From positions 37,334,466 through 37,398,465 of the forward strand of contig NC_068982.1 of NCBI RefSeq assembly GCF_001194135.2: a DNA stretch of 64,000 nucleotides, given 5' to 3'. Source of the stretch: Octopus bimaculoides. Taxonomy: Eukaryota. The notes under the pieces were generated by a model. The model worked only from the letters and a program-made list of their open reading frames with translations, searched no databases and had not been told where the DNA came from. The translations under genes were made by a program, and so were the position numbers. Shown here one piece after another: positions 24,701 through 37,189 of this stretch (its first letter is position 1; each line of letters opens with the position of its first letter).

Positions 24701-26646
24701 GTCAGAATGTCTCAGTGTTTATGGAGAGGATCATTCAATAAATTAGTCTTTTTATCTAATTGGTTGATAAAATCTTCATGTAGTAATGCCAATTCTTAAG
24801 CTAAAGTTTTCCTTCTCTTGACTGCTAAATTAAAATGAAGAATGCAACTGTGTTCGTGCTATGAATAAATTACAGATTTTGATCCTAGTTAGCTATGAGG
24901 ATTTCACATCAGTCATTTGTTCATTGTCTCCTTTTGAAATTAGGCTAACTGAGATACACTGTAAGAATCCTACTGAGACAGCAGGAATTATAGTCTTGAG
25001 GTTAGTACTCCCAAAAGCGAGAGTCTTTCTTTTGAGTATTAACCTCATGTTTAATATGTTAACTTCGATCGGGATAAGTTGATGCAACTCTGCTCGATAT
25101 GAATGAGATTATAATTTTGTCATAAGTAATATGAAAATGAAAGTGAGTTGATAAAAGGAAGAGACTTCATTTTATTGGCTTCTCCCATTTCTCTCATTAG
25201 ATTTCTCCTTCACCTTGCCTCTGATGCAAAGTGTAATGGTAAACAATATTGGTTTTTATGAAATGTAGCAATAAAATTATTTTACAGTTTCTGAAAATTA
25301 GTCTATTTCAAAACTAATATTCTGTTCCTAAGTTACTAATAACTTTTCTAAAAGCAGTTATTACCTGAAGTGTTATTGAAAGCCATATATAGGCTTTTTA
25401 TATTTGGAAACATTGTAGTAACAATGTTGCTTTTACTGTCATGAGTTATATAGTAAAGCTAGATAACTAGTGCCAGCTTTCTCAACTGTCTGTTATACCA
25501 TTGGACGGGCAAGCAACATCAGAACTAGCTCTTCCCTCACTGTTTTCATTAATTCTTATTCCAGTTCGGCAATAGCAGTGTGTACCCAGCCCACTAAATG
25601 GATTTTACGCTCTAGCATACTTTCTCTTGAAGTACTGTATTATATACATTCATAACAAAGTATCATTTTCACTTTTTGAATTTTTATACACTTTCTTCAT
25701 GTTTCCAAGTTTTTTGAAAACTTTTTCATTTGTTACTTTTTCTTTAGGGACTCTGAAATACTATTCTATTTAACTTTGCTTAAAAAAAAACATTCCCAAC
25801 ATAAATACATTTTTATTTGCAATGAAAAATAGTTACTTGCAATATGATAGCATTATTTTTAGATTCATGTTATATTATACCTGGAATAAACTTTTAGATA
25901 CTACTCTTAAGTTTTATTCAACTAATCTATATATGTTACTTTCAAATGATAATTGATGGAGATATGTCTTGCTCCTTCCTTATCACAGTGATTGTTTAGG
26001 ATACATATATTACCAGTATTTAAATTGAGTGTTTGGTTTTTGCTTTACATTTATTTTGCTATACTTATATTTTTTTTGTTTACTTTTTTATGTCCTAATT
26101 CCACAATTTTCATATTGTTGGAATGATAGAAGAAAATGTTTACTTTGCTAATTATATAGTCACTATTGCAGTAAATATATCATCTAGTTGCTAATGTATA
26201 TTTTGAATTCTATAAAATTTGCATTGATATATTTGTTTAATTTAAAATTAAGACACTATCTATAACCAAAGTCAAACTTTAAACTAAAAGAAAAAGAAAA
26301 TTATATTTACAGATACTATTGCTCTCTTGTAGCTGTCATTATAAATTATCAACAGAAACAACAGTTATAATAAAACTCGACCATAACTATTATGTTTCAT
26401 ACATGTTTCTTTATAAATCAAGATGTAAAGATTAATTCATTTCAAAAATTATCATCACATATATTTGTTTTTATCACAGCAAAGTATTACGAAAATAATC
26501 AGTTTATATTGGGTGTTCAAAATTAATTTTTCCATTTGCTCTATTAATTTCTTTATAAATAAAATAATCCATAAAATATAATTTATTCCCTGTGTAAAAC
26601 TTAATTTTACAAAAATTTATGTTCCTCATATTTTGACCTTTAACAG

Positions 26647-26781
26647 AAAATGACTGTGTTCCATGAAGCAATGGATTATTTGAATGAACAACTCCAGGAA
26701 TCTGAGGATGAGAAGTCCAAGTGGCAACATGTTGGTGATGTGATTATTGAGAACCTACAAGAAGAAATAGACTTGACGAAA
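26647..26781 (+). CDS. DMD: Dystrophin exon, 3' part of human exon 59, phase 0 to 0
   Basis: taacag/gtgagt borders; KMTVFHEAMDYLNEQLQESEDEKSKWQHVGDVIIENLQEEIDLTK (cf. human SWQPVGDLLIDSLQDHLEKVK). Confidence 0.94.
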
Positions 26782-29664
26782 GTGAGTACACCTGTTTTTT
26801 CTAAGATTTTGGTGTGTCATTGTTTCTTCAGTTAATTGACTATGGATAAAGTTACATGAAAAATAGATTTTAGTTCCTAACTAGCAGAGAATACAAATCT
26901 GAGCCACAGCTACACTATATTTTGCATGCTTTAGTGTTTATGCTCACCACCTGATTTAGCGCATACACTCTTTATTGATGTATTTTCAGCTATTTTTCTG
27001 CTAAACCTTTTTGTCCCTTCAATCCAGATATTTCCAACACACATCCCTTTATTTCTATCAACTTTCATAAATTGCCCTAGTAACTTTTGATCTTTGTGAA
27101 AAATAAGTCTTAATAGATCATTAAGTAATTAGTTCAGTCAATTTGTTGATATTTACTTTTTCATTACTGCACCATAGATAGATGGCATAACCAAATTGTT
27201 GAGAACTTTGAGGCCCCATGTTTGATCCCACTGTGCAGCACTTTGGACAAGTGTCTACAACTATATTTCACCTTGTATTGTAGTATGCTTGAGTATTACT
27301 ATTAAGAGTATAAACATCTGTGGAATAGACTGTACACAATAATTCAATGATTGGATATCTCTTTTGGTTGATCAACTGGAATGGTCTTCATGGAAACAGA
27401 TTTGAAACCCATTCACTGTATTATAGTGATTTTTAAATGTAAACCTTGTCTATTTCAGTTTCATACTCAGTGTTTAGTATGGTATTCTATAATTGAATAT
27501 TATTCCTTTTCAGTATTATTTCATAGCTTGGTTTAATCCAAGAACTTTATTTATTCAGGTGATAATTTCAAGTTGGTGGGAATATCTAAATTTATTCAGT
27601 TGCTTTCTCATGGTATAAACTTACAAAAACAATCTCAACAAAATGCAAGGAGTTTATCAAAGAATGACTCAAGGGAAGAAATATGAAAAACTGAAGCAAT
27701 ATTCTCCTAAAATAAGTCAGTTAAGTCAGTGACTAAAATAATTTGCCTAGTTTATTATTATCTGATCTACAGATTGTTTTATAACTGTTCTCCTGACAAT
27801 ACAATAGTCAACTACCATAACTTGCACTTGTCTTATCATAAAATGTTTCTACTTATATATTAGTAGTAAAATATTGACAGGGAAATGAGTTGCTAATTTG
27901 CTGATATAAAAATTACTTTCTTTCAACTCTCTCTTTCTCAGCACACACCCTCACTCACTAGTGTATTGCTAAATATCTTGATAAGAGTTGTATATAATGG
28001 TTTATACATATTACAGAAAAATCTTCTTTTCCTCATCTAAATCACATTTTTTTAAATAAATAGATAAATGAATAAATAAATAAAAGTAATTTAGGTTGAG
28101 AAAAATAGATTTCTTTTATGTTATAGTTTTTACTGAGTTGTATTAAAAAAATTAAATTCTTTGCATCCATACACACATATGCTTGCACACTCATATTTTC
28201 TTTGCTAAGAAAGATAAAAATCATCACCAGAAATGAGTCGATTTATTGATTGTTGAAGCAAATATTTGGCAGCTAGATGCCAAGCTTATGACTAACCACT
28301 TAGACATGAAATAGGTGTGTAACTTGTTTGTCAACCAGGCAGACTGAATCAAGCAGTTATATGCTTTGAAATAGTTGTAAATTTTAAACCCATGATTTTA
28401 CATAATCAGTTGTCCAGCACCTTAACTTCACAACCACTTTGTTTCCCATATGTGTATGCATATATGGACATAAATGCATGTGTATTCTAATGTACAAGCA
28501 TATGCAAGCACACAAACTCACATACATGGATGGTTTGTGTGTGTGTATGAAAGATCTGTCATTACTAACTATACATCCAGTATTACTGATCTATGGGTTG
28601 AGTAGATAGTGTCTAAATAAATTTTCTCCTCTTGCAAACTAAATGAACAATGTTGTGGAAACCAACTGGACAAAGAATTGAGAAATTAATGGCATACAAG
28701 TTTCACAAACCAACTACTATCTTGCTTGTTAGTGAAACATAGAAAAGAAAGGCAAGTACTGGAAGGTACACTAAAAACTTGGGGGTTCATGAAGTGGTGA
28801 AGAAACCATGATTATACTAGATCTGCTTTCTGTGATATTCTAATCTGTTGAAGTTAAAAAGATAGTATTGGTTTTTGCACAAAACCATCTTGATGTCAAG
28901 AGCACAATGAATGATCTGGGTATAGCTAGAAAACATCTGTATAACTTGTTCGACATTTCTGGAGAGAGACCAAGAAAAATTGGTCTCTAAATTACCCACT
29001 CTTGTTTTTGTTGGATTGCTGCTCTCGGTGTGACATTAAGATTCACCCTAAAACCTGCCAAAATACATTCCTCTAAAATTTGAGAATGAAATTTCGTCAC
29101 TGTCATTGGGTCAAGTAATGATATTGAGAGAACTTATAAGAAAAGAGCTACAGTGATAGACATCAACATTTTTAATACAGTACATATTTTTTAAGAATTC
29201 TCATGCAAGAAACTTTGTTTTTAAACGTAGGCTACTATCTAATAAATAGGAAGGAACAATGTGATAAGGTCATATATGGTTGTGTGGTTAAAATGGGTGT
29301 GTGTACATGTGTCTTTTACTAAAATACAGTCAATTTGTTATTAACTTAGAAGAAACTTGTAACCACAAATTTTTATATCAAAGTAGTTTTTTAATGCCAT
29401 ATGATAATGACATTAGCATAAGAGATGTCAACTGATGAAGAATGTTTCAAAGATACTTTTTCTATAATTATTTCTCTCCAAACATAAGGTGTCTATATTA
29501 TTGTTTGCAAAATTAAAAAGAAAATCATCTCTGTATGATATGCATTACTGTAAAGAATAATGATTTACCAAATCTCTTCAGAAACACTGGTTAGCATAAG
29601 AATGAATCATGGTTTGTTGATTCTGTGTGAAGGTGGCCATAATTCACCAAAAGAATAACATTCT

Positions 29665-29835
29665 ATGGCTGGTGGTTAATGAGTTCAGTTTGCAACCAGA
29701 CAATTTTGAGTTCAGTTTGCAACCAGACAATTTTGAGTTCAGTTTAACTGCACAGAACCTTCAGCAAGTATCTTCTATCATAACCTCAAATTAAGCAAGT
29801 ACCTGTGATGATGGAAATTGAATGGAGGCTCACCA
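29665..29835 (+). mobile_element. Degenerate SINE head with a 27-nt tandem duplication
   Basis: tggctggtggttaat A-box-like; gagttcagtttgcaaccagacaatttt repeated at 29681, 29708 and partly at 29735. Confidence 0.6.
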
Positions 29836-29981
29836 TGTTTATATCTATCTTAAATGTGTGTGTGTGTCTCACTCTCTCCTTCTCTCTTTCTCTCTCTCCC
29901 TTTCTCTCTCCCCCCTCTCTCTCTTTCTCTCTCTCTCTCTATTTTAATGACTTGTAGGTACATCGTGTTTCATTATATTAT

Positions 29982-30320
29982 TGGAGACCCCCTTTGGTCA
30001 TGAATGACCATGGGATTGCACCTAGAAAGTTACCCTCCAAGGCACAAGTCTGGGCAAGGTTGTTTTGTGGAAAGCCAGTAGTCGCTCATGCATACCAGCC
30101 TCCCCTCTCCACACCACTAATGTTATCCAAAGGAAAGGCAAAGACCGATTCAGCTTGGCACCAGTGATGCTGCAACTCATTTCTACAGCTGAGTTAACTG
30201 GAGCAACGTGAAATGAAGTGTCTTGTTCAAGAATACAACACGCAGCCCAGTCCAGGAATTGAACTCACAACCTCACGAGCATCAGCTCGATGCTCTAACC
30301 ACTGAGCCATGTGCCTTCAC
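29982..30320 (-). mobile_element. tRNA-derived SINE with an 11-bp target-site duplication
   Basis: Minus strand: A box tggctcagtgg, B box gagttcaattcc, cttgaacaagacactt core; cattatattat at 29971-29981 and 30321-30331. Confidence 0.9.
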
Positions 30321-30506
30321 CATTATATTATATATATATAATATACAAAGTATATTAAATGCTTTATAAGTCAATACTGTATTCTACTATGTTAACAGTA
30401 CTAATTAATCACTTGTTAAAATCAATACTGGCTATAATTTCTATAGAAAATCAGTAGAGATAATCTTAACAAGTGACTTTCTCTGTTTCTCTCTATATAT
30501 GTGTGT

Positions 30507-30554
<48 letters not shown>

Positions 30555-31428
30555 CACAAAGGTGCAGCTTTCAATTTGTATTGGTATAGAATATTCTTTG
30601 CATTAAGTTACACACTCTTTTGTCATTCTTGCCACCAGAAGTGCAGTCAGCCAGTGATTAACCCCTTAAAAACTTATAACAAACATAAAGATAAAAAATA
30701 TAGATACAAGTACTTATATTAATACCAAAGCATTAATATCTTATTGATTGTATCATTGTCAGGTGTTCTGACATAATGTCTCTTCAAGTCTAACCAGTTA
30801 TATACTGCAGCATATCCACTAGGAGGGAAATTACACTTTACCTGAATTTTAAAGGCAAAAATAAGGGGTAATTCTGTTGTTCCTTTATTCTTAAGGGTGG
30901 AGTAATCAATTTATAACAAGGGAGTCTCTTTGAGCACATCACTGCAATTTGCTACAACTCTGAGCATTACCAAGTTGTGAATTCAATGACACTTCTGCTT
31001 CCCATTACACTGCATACTCATAGAATGAAACCACACTCCAAAACTAATTCTTCAAAACTAATGATGCTTGACAAGACTAGTGAAAGGAATAACAACAAAC
31101 TCTATACCACTTAACTAATAATTGACAAACTTGTCAAAGCACAGGAAATTCAGTCATACTTCAATGATTTGTGGAGCTTGTTAATGTAGTGCAGTGACAC
31201 AATCTTTGATGCATGGCAGAGATACAGGAAGAATGTTTTAAATGACAAGTTTGACATTTGATTATATTCAGAGGTTTTTGACACTATATACCATGACCTT
31301 CTTCATAGAGTTTTACTTCAGTGTGGGTACTTTCAAAGTAAATGAATGCTGTTTAAGTGCAGCCTTTAAGCAGCAAAAAGAAAATTGTAATATTTGTAAT
31401 GTTTTCCTTTGTATGTGTGGTGTTTCAC

Positions 31429-31463
<35 letters not shown>

Positions 31464-31724
31464 TCTCTTGAAGGAATATAACTCTCCCACCTTCATGCAA
31501 TGTGCACTTCTCTAAGTTATGAGTGAAATTCTTATAAACTGTATTTAGAAAGATTCTCTCTTTAAATCAGATGTCTGTAAGGAACACAATATATGAATCT
31601 ATTCTGAAATGTTATAAAGATGATTTTACATGTGAACTTATAATGAATGACTTCACTGAATGAACATTAAGCTATATGTTTGTGTATATATATGCATACA
31701 CTAAACTTTACAGAGGAGATGACA

Positions 31725-32066
31725 AAGAACCGAGATATTTGGTGCTTTGCTGTACTCAAGAAGACCCATCCTTCACAACAGAAGTGTTGATGCCACTCCC
31801 CCCTGATGAAGAGGATTGGTCTGCTAGAGCCTGGTTCCACACTAAAAGCACCCATTCTGGTGCCATGTAATATCACCTGTGCTGGTGTCACATAAAAGCA
31901 CCTCTGCTGGTGCCACATAAAAATCACCCAGCATGGTATTAGGAAGAGTATCCAGCTATACAAACCAAGCCAAATCAGACTGGAATCTGCTGCTGCTCTC
32001 CTGCTTGCCAGCTCTAGTCAAACTGTCCAACTCATGCAAGCTTGGAAAACAGACTTTAAAGGCTGA
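31725..32066 (+). mobile_element. RTE-type 3' end with four 25-26-nt tandem units
   Basis: gaagaccc, attaggaagagtatccagct, aaatcagactgg and aactgtccaactcatgc tail landmarks; ctggtgccacataaaagcacc units at 31831, 31857, 31882, 31907. Confidence 0.78.
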
Positions 32067-33164
32067 CGTGTGTGTGTGTGAGAGAGAGAGATAGCTTATA
32101 GATTTCATACAACTTGTTTTGTAACAAATGTTTAATTACAGCTCTTTAAAGCTTTCTTTTGTGGAATGGAAATTTTAAAATCATTACGTTGTCTTGTAGG
32201 AAATACAACTGATAATGAAAACTTTTAACCTAAGATTGAATAATTTAAATATCTACCATGTTCCCTATTAAAGCAGACTGTCATTCTGTTACTAATAATG
32301 TAGCACTATTAAATGGACATGAAATCTGAGTGTGTGAAAATTGCAACATATCATCATTATTTGATATCCATGTTCTATGCTGTCAGGCATAAGACAGTTA
32401 GACAGGATCCAGTCAGGCCCAAAGTGTTGCATCATGCTCCAATGTCTCCTTTAGCTTGGTTTTTATAACTGGGTGCTCTTCTTAATGTCAACAACTTTAT
32501 ATGTGCTGGTGCCATAAAAAAACACCCACTGTACTGAGTGGGGTTTTTTTTTTTTTTTTCAAGACACCAGGACTAGTGAAATCAGCATGTAGATCCTCTT
32601 TGACTGAGTGGGGCTACTGTAGAGAGGGAGGTGGTATTATGCAGGAGATGAGAGAAGGGTACAGAACAGAACAAGTTTCTTGCTATAGAGGAGAGAAGAA
32701 GAAGTGGGAGTTCTTAGATTGAAGTTGGAAAGATAAAATTGTCATGATGGTTCGTCAGGGTGGGTCTTCAAGATACAAATTGAGTAGAAGTGAGAACAGG
32801 GGTTGCAGTTGGGTAAAGGCTGTAAAGGAGAGTGAATGTTGTTTAGAGATGGGGACAACTACTCACCTGTGACATACTGCTTAAAAAATATAATGTAGTC
32901 TTTAAAAGAATCATTGTAAATTTAGTGAACACTACCATTTTAAACGAAGAGTAGATTTCTAGTCATTAAAATTTATCCTGATTTATTTTCACTGTGGTTG
33001 TGTGTTAGTACATATTCACAAATATGTACTAACACACATATGATCAATCATTTTATCATATTTAGTAAAAAAAAGAAAAATCAATAATAAGTGGAAACAG
33101 TGCTTAATATGCAAGGTTCTTAATGTCAAAAACTTAGCTACTCTTTCATTTCTATTGCTTACAG

Positions 33165-33295
33165 GCGTTCCAACAAAGAATTGCACCTCTTCAAGGACAA
33201 GTTGATAATGTTAATGACCAGGCTAACCAGCTACAAGCTTCTGAAGTGGTACTTTCCCCAAAAAATATCCAGCAACTAGAAGACTATAATACTAG
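33165..33295 (+). CDS. DMD: Dystrophin exon, most of human exon 60, phase 0 to 2
   Basis: ttacag/gttagt borders; AFQQRIAPLQGQVDNVNDQANQLQASEVVLSPKNIQQLEDYNT(R). Confidence 0.94.
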
Positions 33296-34118
33296 GTTAG
33301 TTTTATGATTATACAGTTTGTTATAGAGAATTGTTCACATGTCTGTCCATTGTGACTGTTAATTTCTGTAAAAAAAAATATTTCAATAAAACCTTTAAAA
33401 AAACCTAATAAATTACTGAAGTAATGACTTCTCCTGAGATTTAATTTCCTTAGCAGGGTGAGTGTAATGCCATTATTTTTGCTGAGATATTTTACCCTTG
33501 ATGTACATTAAAATTTCATTACTTCAGTATATTTGCACAGAAATACATTTGACCAGCAAGTCAACCAATTTTATTAAAATTGTTGTTTATCTTTTTCACT
33601 GACTGTTTATATCTGCTTTTTTTTTTCAATACTAGCGCAAGTGAGGTGACCATTACAATTTTATTTTTGTGTGCTGTATCGGAGCAAATATTAAGTAGTG
33701 CTTCTTTTACTCACTCAGATAAATTGAAGCCACCAGAGTAATATAACTTAGCTAGTTCCACAGCACAATAGCCATTAAATATTACCAACATTTTTTTTCA
33801 TTTAACCAATTATAGCCAATTTTTCTGTCTTTTAGAAAACCTTATAATACTTATCCTGTTAACTTTTCACCTTTTTTTTATTGCAAGTGTTCTAATGCAA
33901 ACTTTTTAATTTTATTTGTTAAATTTGTAACTAATTATATTGAACAAATCTTCAAAATGTATCAAATTTTTATATCCAGCATAATTTTTTGTTTTATTTA
34001 CACAAGTCTAACAACAAAGTGGTCTTACAGTACACACTTATCTATCAGTATCATCATTTGCTTTAGCTTATTTAATCACATAATTATAAATAAATAATCT
34101 CTGTATGATTTACTTCAG

Positions 34119-34213
34119 ATGGAAAGCCTTACAGTTAGCTATTGAGGACCGTTTGAAACAACTTCAAGATGCCTTGAGGGATTTTGGGCCTAATTCTCAA
34201 CATTTTCTTATTG
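34119..34213 (+). CDS. DMD: Dystrophin exon, end of human exon 60 plus exon 61, phase 2 to 1
   Basis: cttcag/gtaagt borders; (R)[31 protein letters not shown](V), with the DFGP-SQHFL motif. Confidence 0.96.
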
Positions 34214-34959
34214 GTAAGTTTAATTAATTTGATTTTAAAATGTAATTAAATTTTGACAGGTTGAATTAATACTTTTCTTTTACTACAAATGAAATTTGCA
34301 TGATATGTTTTTTTTTTTAACACAGTATATTTTGATATTGCATTTTCGAAAATAGTTTTATATTTTATAAACATTAGATTGTGTAAGTATACATAAGTGA
34401 AATATTTGTATGCTTGAAGAAGTTTATTCTGAATGAAATATATATTATAGATAAGAGTATCATAGCAAATGAAAAAGATTTAGTTTTTGCTAGTTATAGG
34501 TATGTATTCTGTATATATTATTTTCAGCAACCATTTGAAACAAAAGTTGTAATGAAATATTTTAATTTCACATGAATGTATCAGTGAAAACAGTTAATAT
34601 ACAATTATTGTAGAAATTTTCAGACTTTCATAAACAATGCTAATAGCTTTACTTTCTGGAACTAAGAACAGCTGTAATGGATTTTCAGAACCAATTAAAA
34701 TTTAACTTTAGTATTGTTAAATGCATAAATTGGTTCATTTTGGGGCAGGGTGAGATAGGGAGAGAGAGAACAGTAATAGTGTTGTTCAAGGATGAGAATC
34801 CTTTATAGTTTTCTTGAATCAAAGAACTAAGTTGATAGAATAGTTCTGATTCTATGAACCATTTTGCGTGTCTGCCTCGTGAATCCCTCAAAGTTAATGT
34901 TTATTCAACAGATTCAGCTTTTATAAACCCACTTGTAGTTATGTATACCAATGTGGGAT

Positions 34960-35690
34960 CCACAAGTTGCAAACCAGGCATTTCTTATCTCATGAGAGAC
35001 GAGGTGTTGTGATGGTCACTTTTTGCTACTTTCTACACTGTTTATTACCAAAATGTTAGGCTCATGTTCTGTTGAAGTGTTGTGCGCCATCATACCTGAT
35101 CCATCTCCACTTGTGTCAGTTATTTGCCAATAATACCCATTTGGACATATCAATGCCATTCTTTTTCGAATTTTCCTTGAAGTACATCTTTGAACTACTT
35201 CCCTTGTCTACCTCATGTATGGTTTCTTTCTTTCTGCTATAAATGAAACATGTTTGGACAACTGAAGGTTCACCATTTATTTAACATGGACAGTTCTTCC
35301 AAGTTATTGTTGCATAATCATGGTTTCAGTGCAGGAGATATTAGCTTGCTTGAAAATACTGACATTCCATCATCTGTTTTACCACTGGATGTACATGGTT
35401 TTCCTCAACATCACAAGCACCCAGCATACAAGAATCTGATACTTCTATTCAGATACATAAACAAATGGGAGAAAATATAGAGCACTTTAAATATCTGGAT
35501 AGTTTCCTATCACATAATGCAGATATTAATGAGGAAATCCAACACAAGATAAAATGTACCAACACAACCTTCAGTTGCCTGAGATGAATATATGAAAATC
35601 ATGATCTGAGATGAACAACCAAACTTATATTGTACACAGTAGTTGTGCTCGCTTTCCTAAACAGCTCTGAAACTTAGAGAGGCAACATAT
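34960..35690 (+). mobile_element. Degenerate RTE reverse transcriptase remnant
   Basis: IEHFKYLDSFLSHNADINEEIQHKIK...ENHDLR*TTKLILYTVVV...SET, with stops. Confidence 0.75.
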
Positions 35691-35931
35691 CTAAAGGCCT
35701 TTAGAATATCAGTTTCCCATTTCTCTCTGTTTTAAATGTGTTGTGGCATTATACTCTGTGTAAGCTAATTATTTTCTAAAAGTCATAAATATAAATAAAA
35801 TATTTCTAGGTATATGAGAAAAATTTATCATTATGCATGTTTAAAACTAAATAACAATGAAATATTCAATAACAATTTTCACTGATTCAAACAAAATGTT
35901 AATTTTTATTTAATTAAAAAAATCATTTCAG

Positions 35932-35992
35932 TTTCAGTGGAAAATCCCTGGGAGCGATCTGTAGCCATTAATAAAGTGCCTTATTACATCAA
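35932..35992 (+). CDS. DMD: Dystrophin exon, human exon 62 equivalent (WW domain, first half), phase 1 to 2
   Basis: tttcag/gtaagt borders, 61 nt; (V)SVENPWERSVAINKVPYYI(N). Confidence 0.96.
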
Positions 35993-36289
35993 GTAAGTAA
36001 TTTGATAATTCTGTAAGATCTTGTAATTTGCTGGAGGCATTGTCATTTCAATATAATAGTGTGCTGCATTAACTCTTAAGGCAGTTTGTCAGCATTTCTA
36101 ATCAAGCAGTTTGACAGTTTACACATTCATGTCAACATCAGTTTTACAATTTTGGGCAGACAGGTAGGTTCTTAAAAAAGGTCTAAAATGGATAAGCTGT
36201 ATATTCAATCCAATGTATGTGGGGAGAGGGTCTACATACACACACACAAATATAATTAATATATATATATATATATATANNNNNNNNNN

Positions 36290-36512
36290 GTGTTGCCAGT
36301 TTAGCCAATAAAAACACACGCATTATATATTTGGTGTTAATTTACTTCAGCTTTATTTTATTTTTTACATTAATCGTATGATTAATGTAAAAAATAAAAT
36401 AAAGCTGAAGCAAATTAACACCAAATATATAGTGCATGTGTTGTTTTTATTGGCTAAACTGGTAACATGACCATCCCCAAATACAACAATATATATATAC
36501 ATATATATATAT
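36290..36512. mobile_element. Palindromic element inserted in (TA)n, left end lost in a 10-N gap
   Basis: Arms 36291-36375 and 36380-36467 with a 4-nt loop (gtat); (TA)n on both flanks. Confidence 0.88.
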
Positions 36513-37069
36513 AAAGTTGTATTGTCCATTGATGATAGATTCACTTGAGTGAAGGATCCTGAAACAGTTTTTAATTGTGAGGAAGCTTGTTCTGTTCTTT
36601 TCTTTTGTATGTATTTTGGCCATTGATATCCATGTTTAGTGTCATATCTTAAAATCACTGATTTCATGCTGTTTAAAATTGCTTTTGCTTATATGACATG
36701 GATGATCTAAGCTTTAAAACTATGATTTCAAGCCTCCTTTGAACTACATTTATGGTGAAAGGAAGCTGAGGGTTTGGCTATCTAGGAGCATTTAGACCAA
36801 TTATGTTGATTTCTAAGAATGCCATGCAAACTATTTTCAATGGAAATTTGCTTTGACATAAATAACTTGATATTTGACCCAGCAATATAGAAAGCAGTGA
36901 ATTTTTCATATTTGATATTATATATATGCCAGTGTCTAGTTTAAGGCAGTGGAATGTTGAAATTGAAGAAAATTATTAAAATAATCCAGATAAATGGTGT
37001 TGATTCAAATACTATTCCTTAAAATTCCTAACTTAGAATTCTATCCACAATCTTATTCAGGATACTTTC

Positions 37070-37189
<120 letters not shown>

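Noticed and set aside
30250-30320. tRNA gene
   Set aside because: A and B boxes belong to a SINE head within a TSD-flanked element; no complete cloverleaf.
31803-31830. CTGATGA as a second hammerhead core
   Set aside because: No stem II followed by GAAA downstream.
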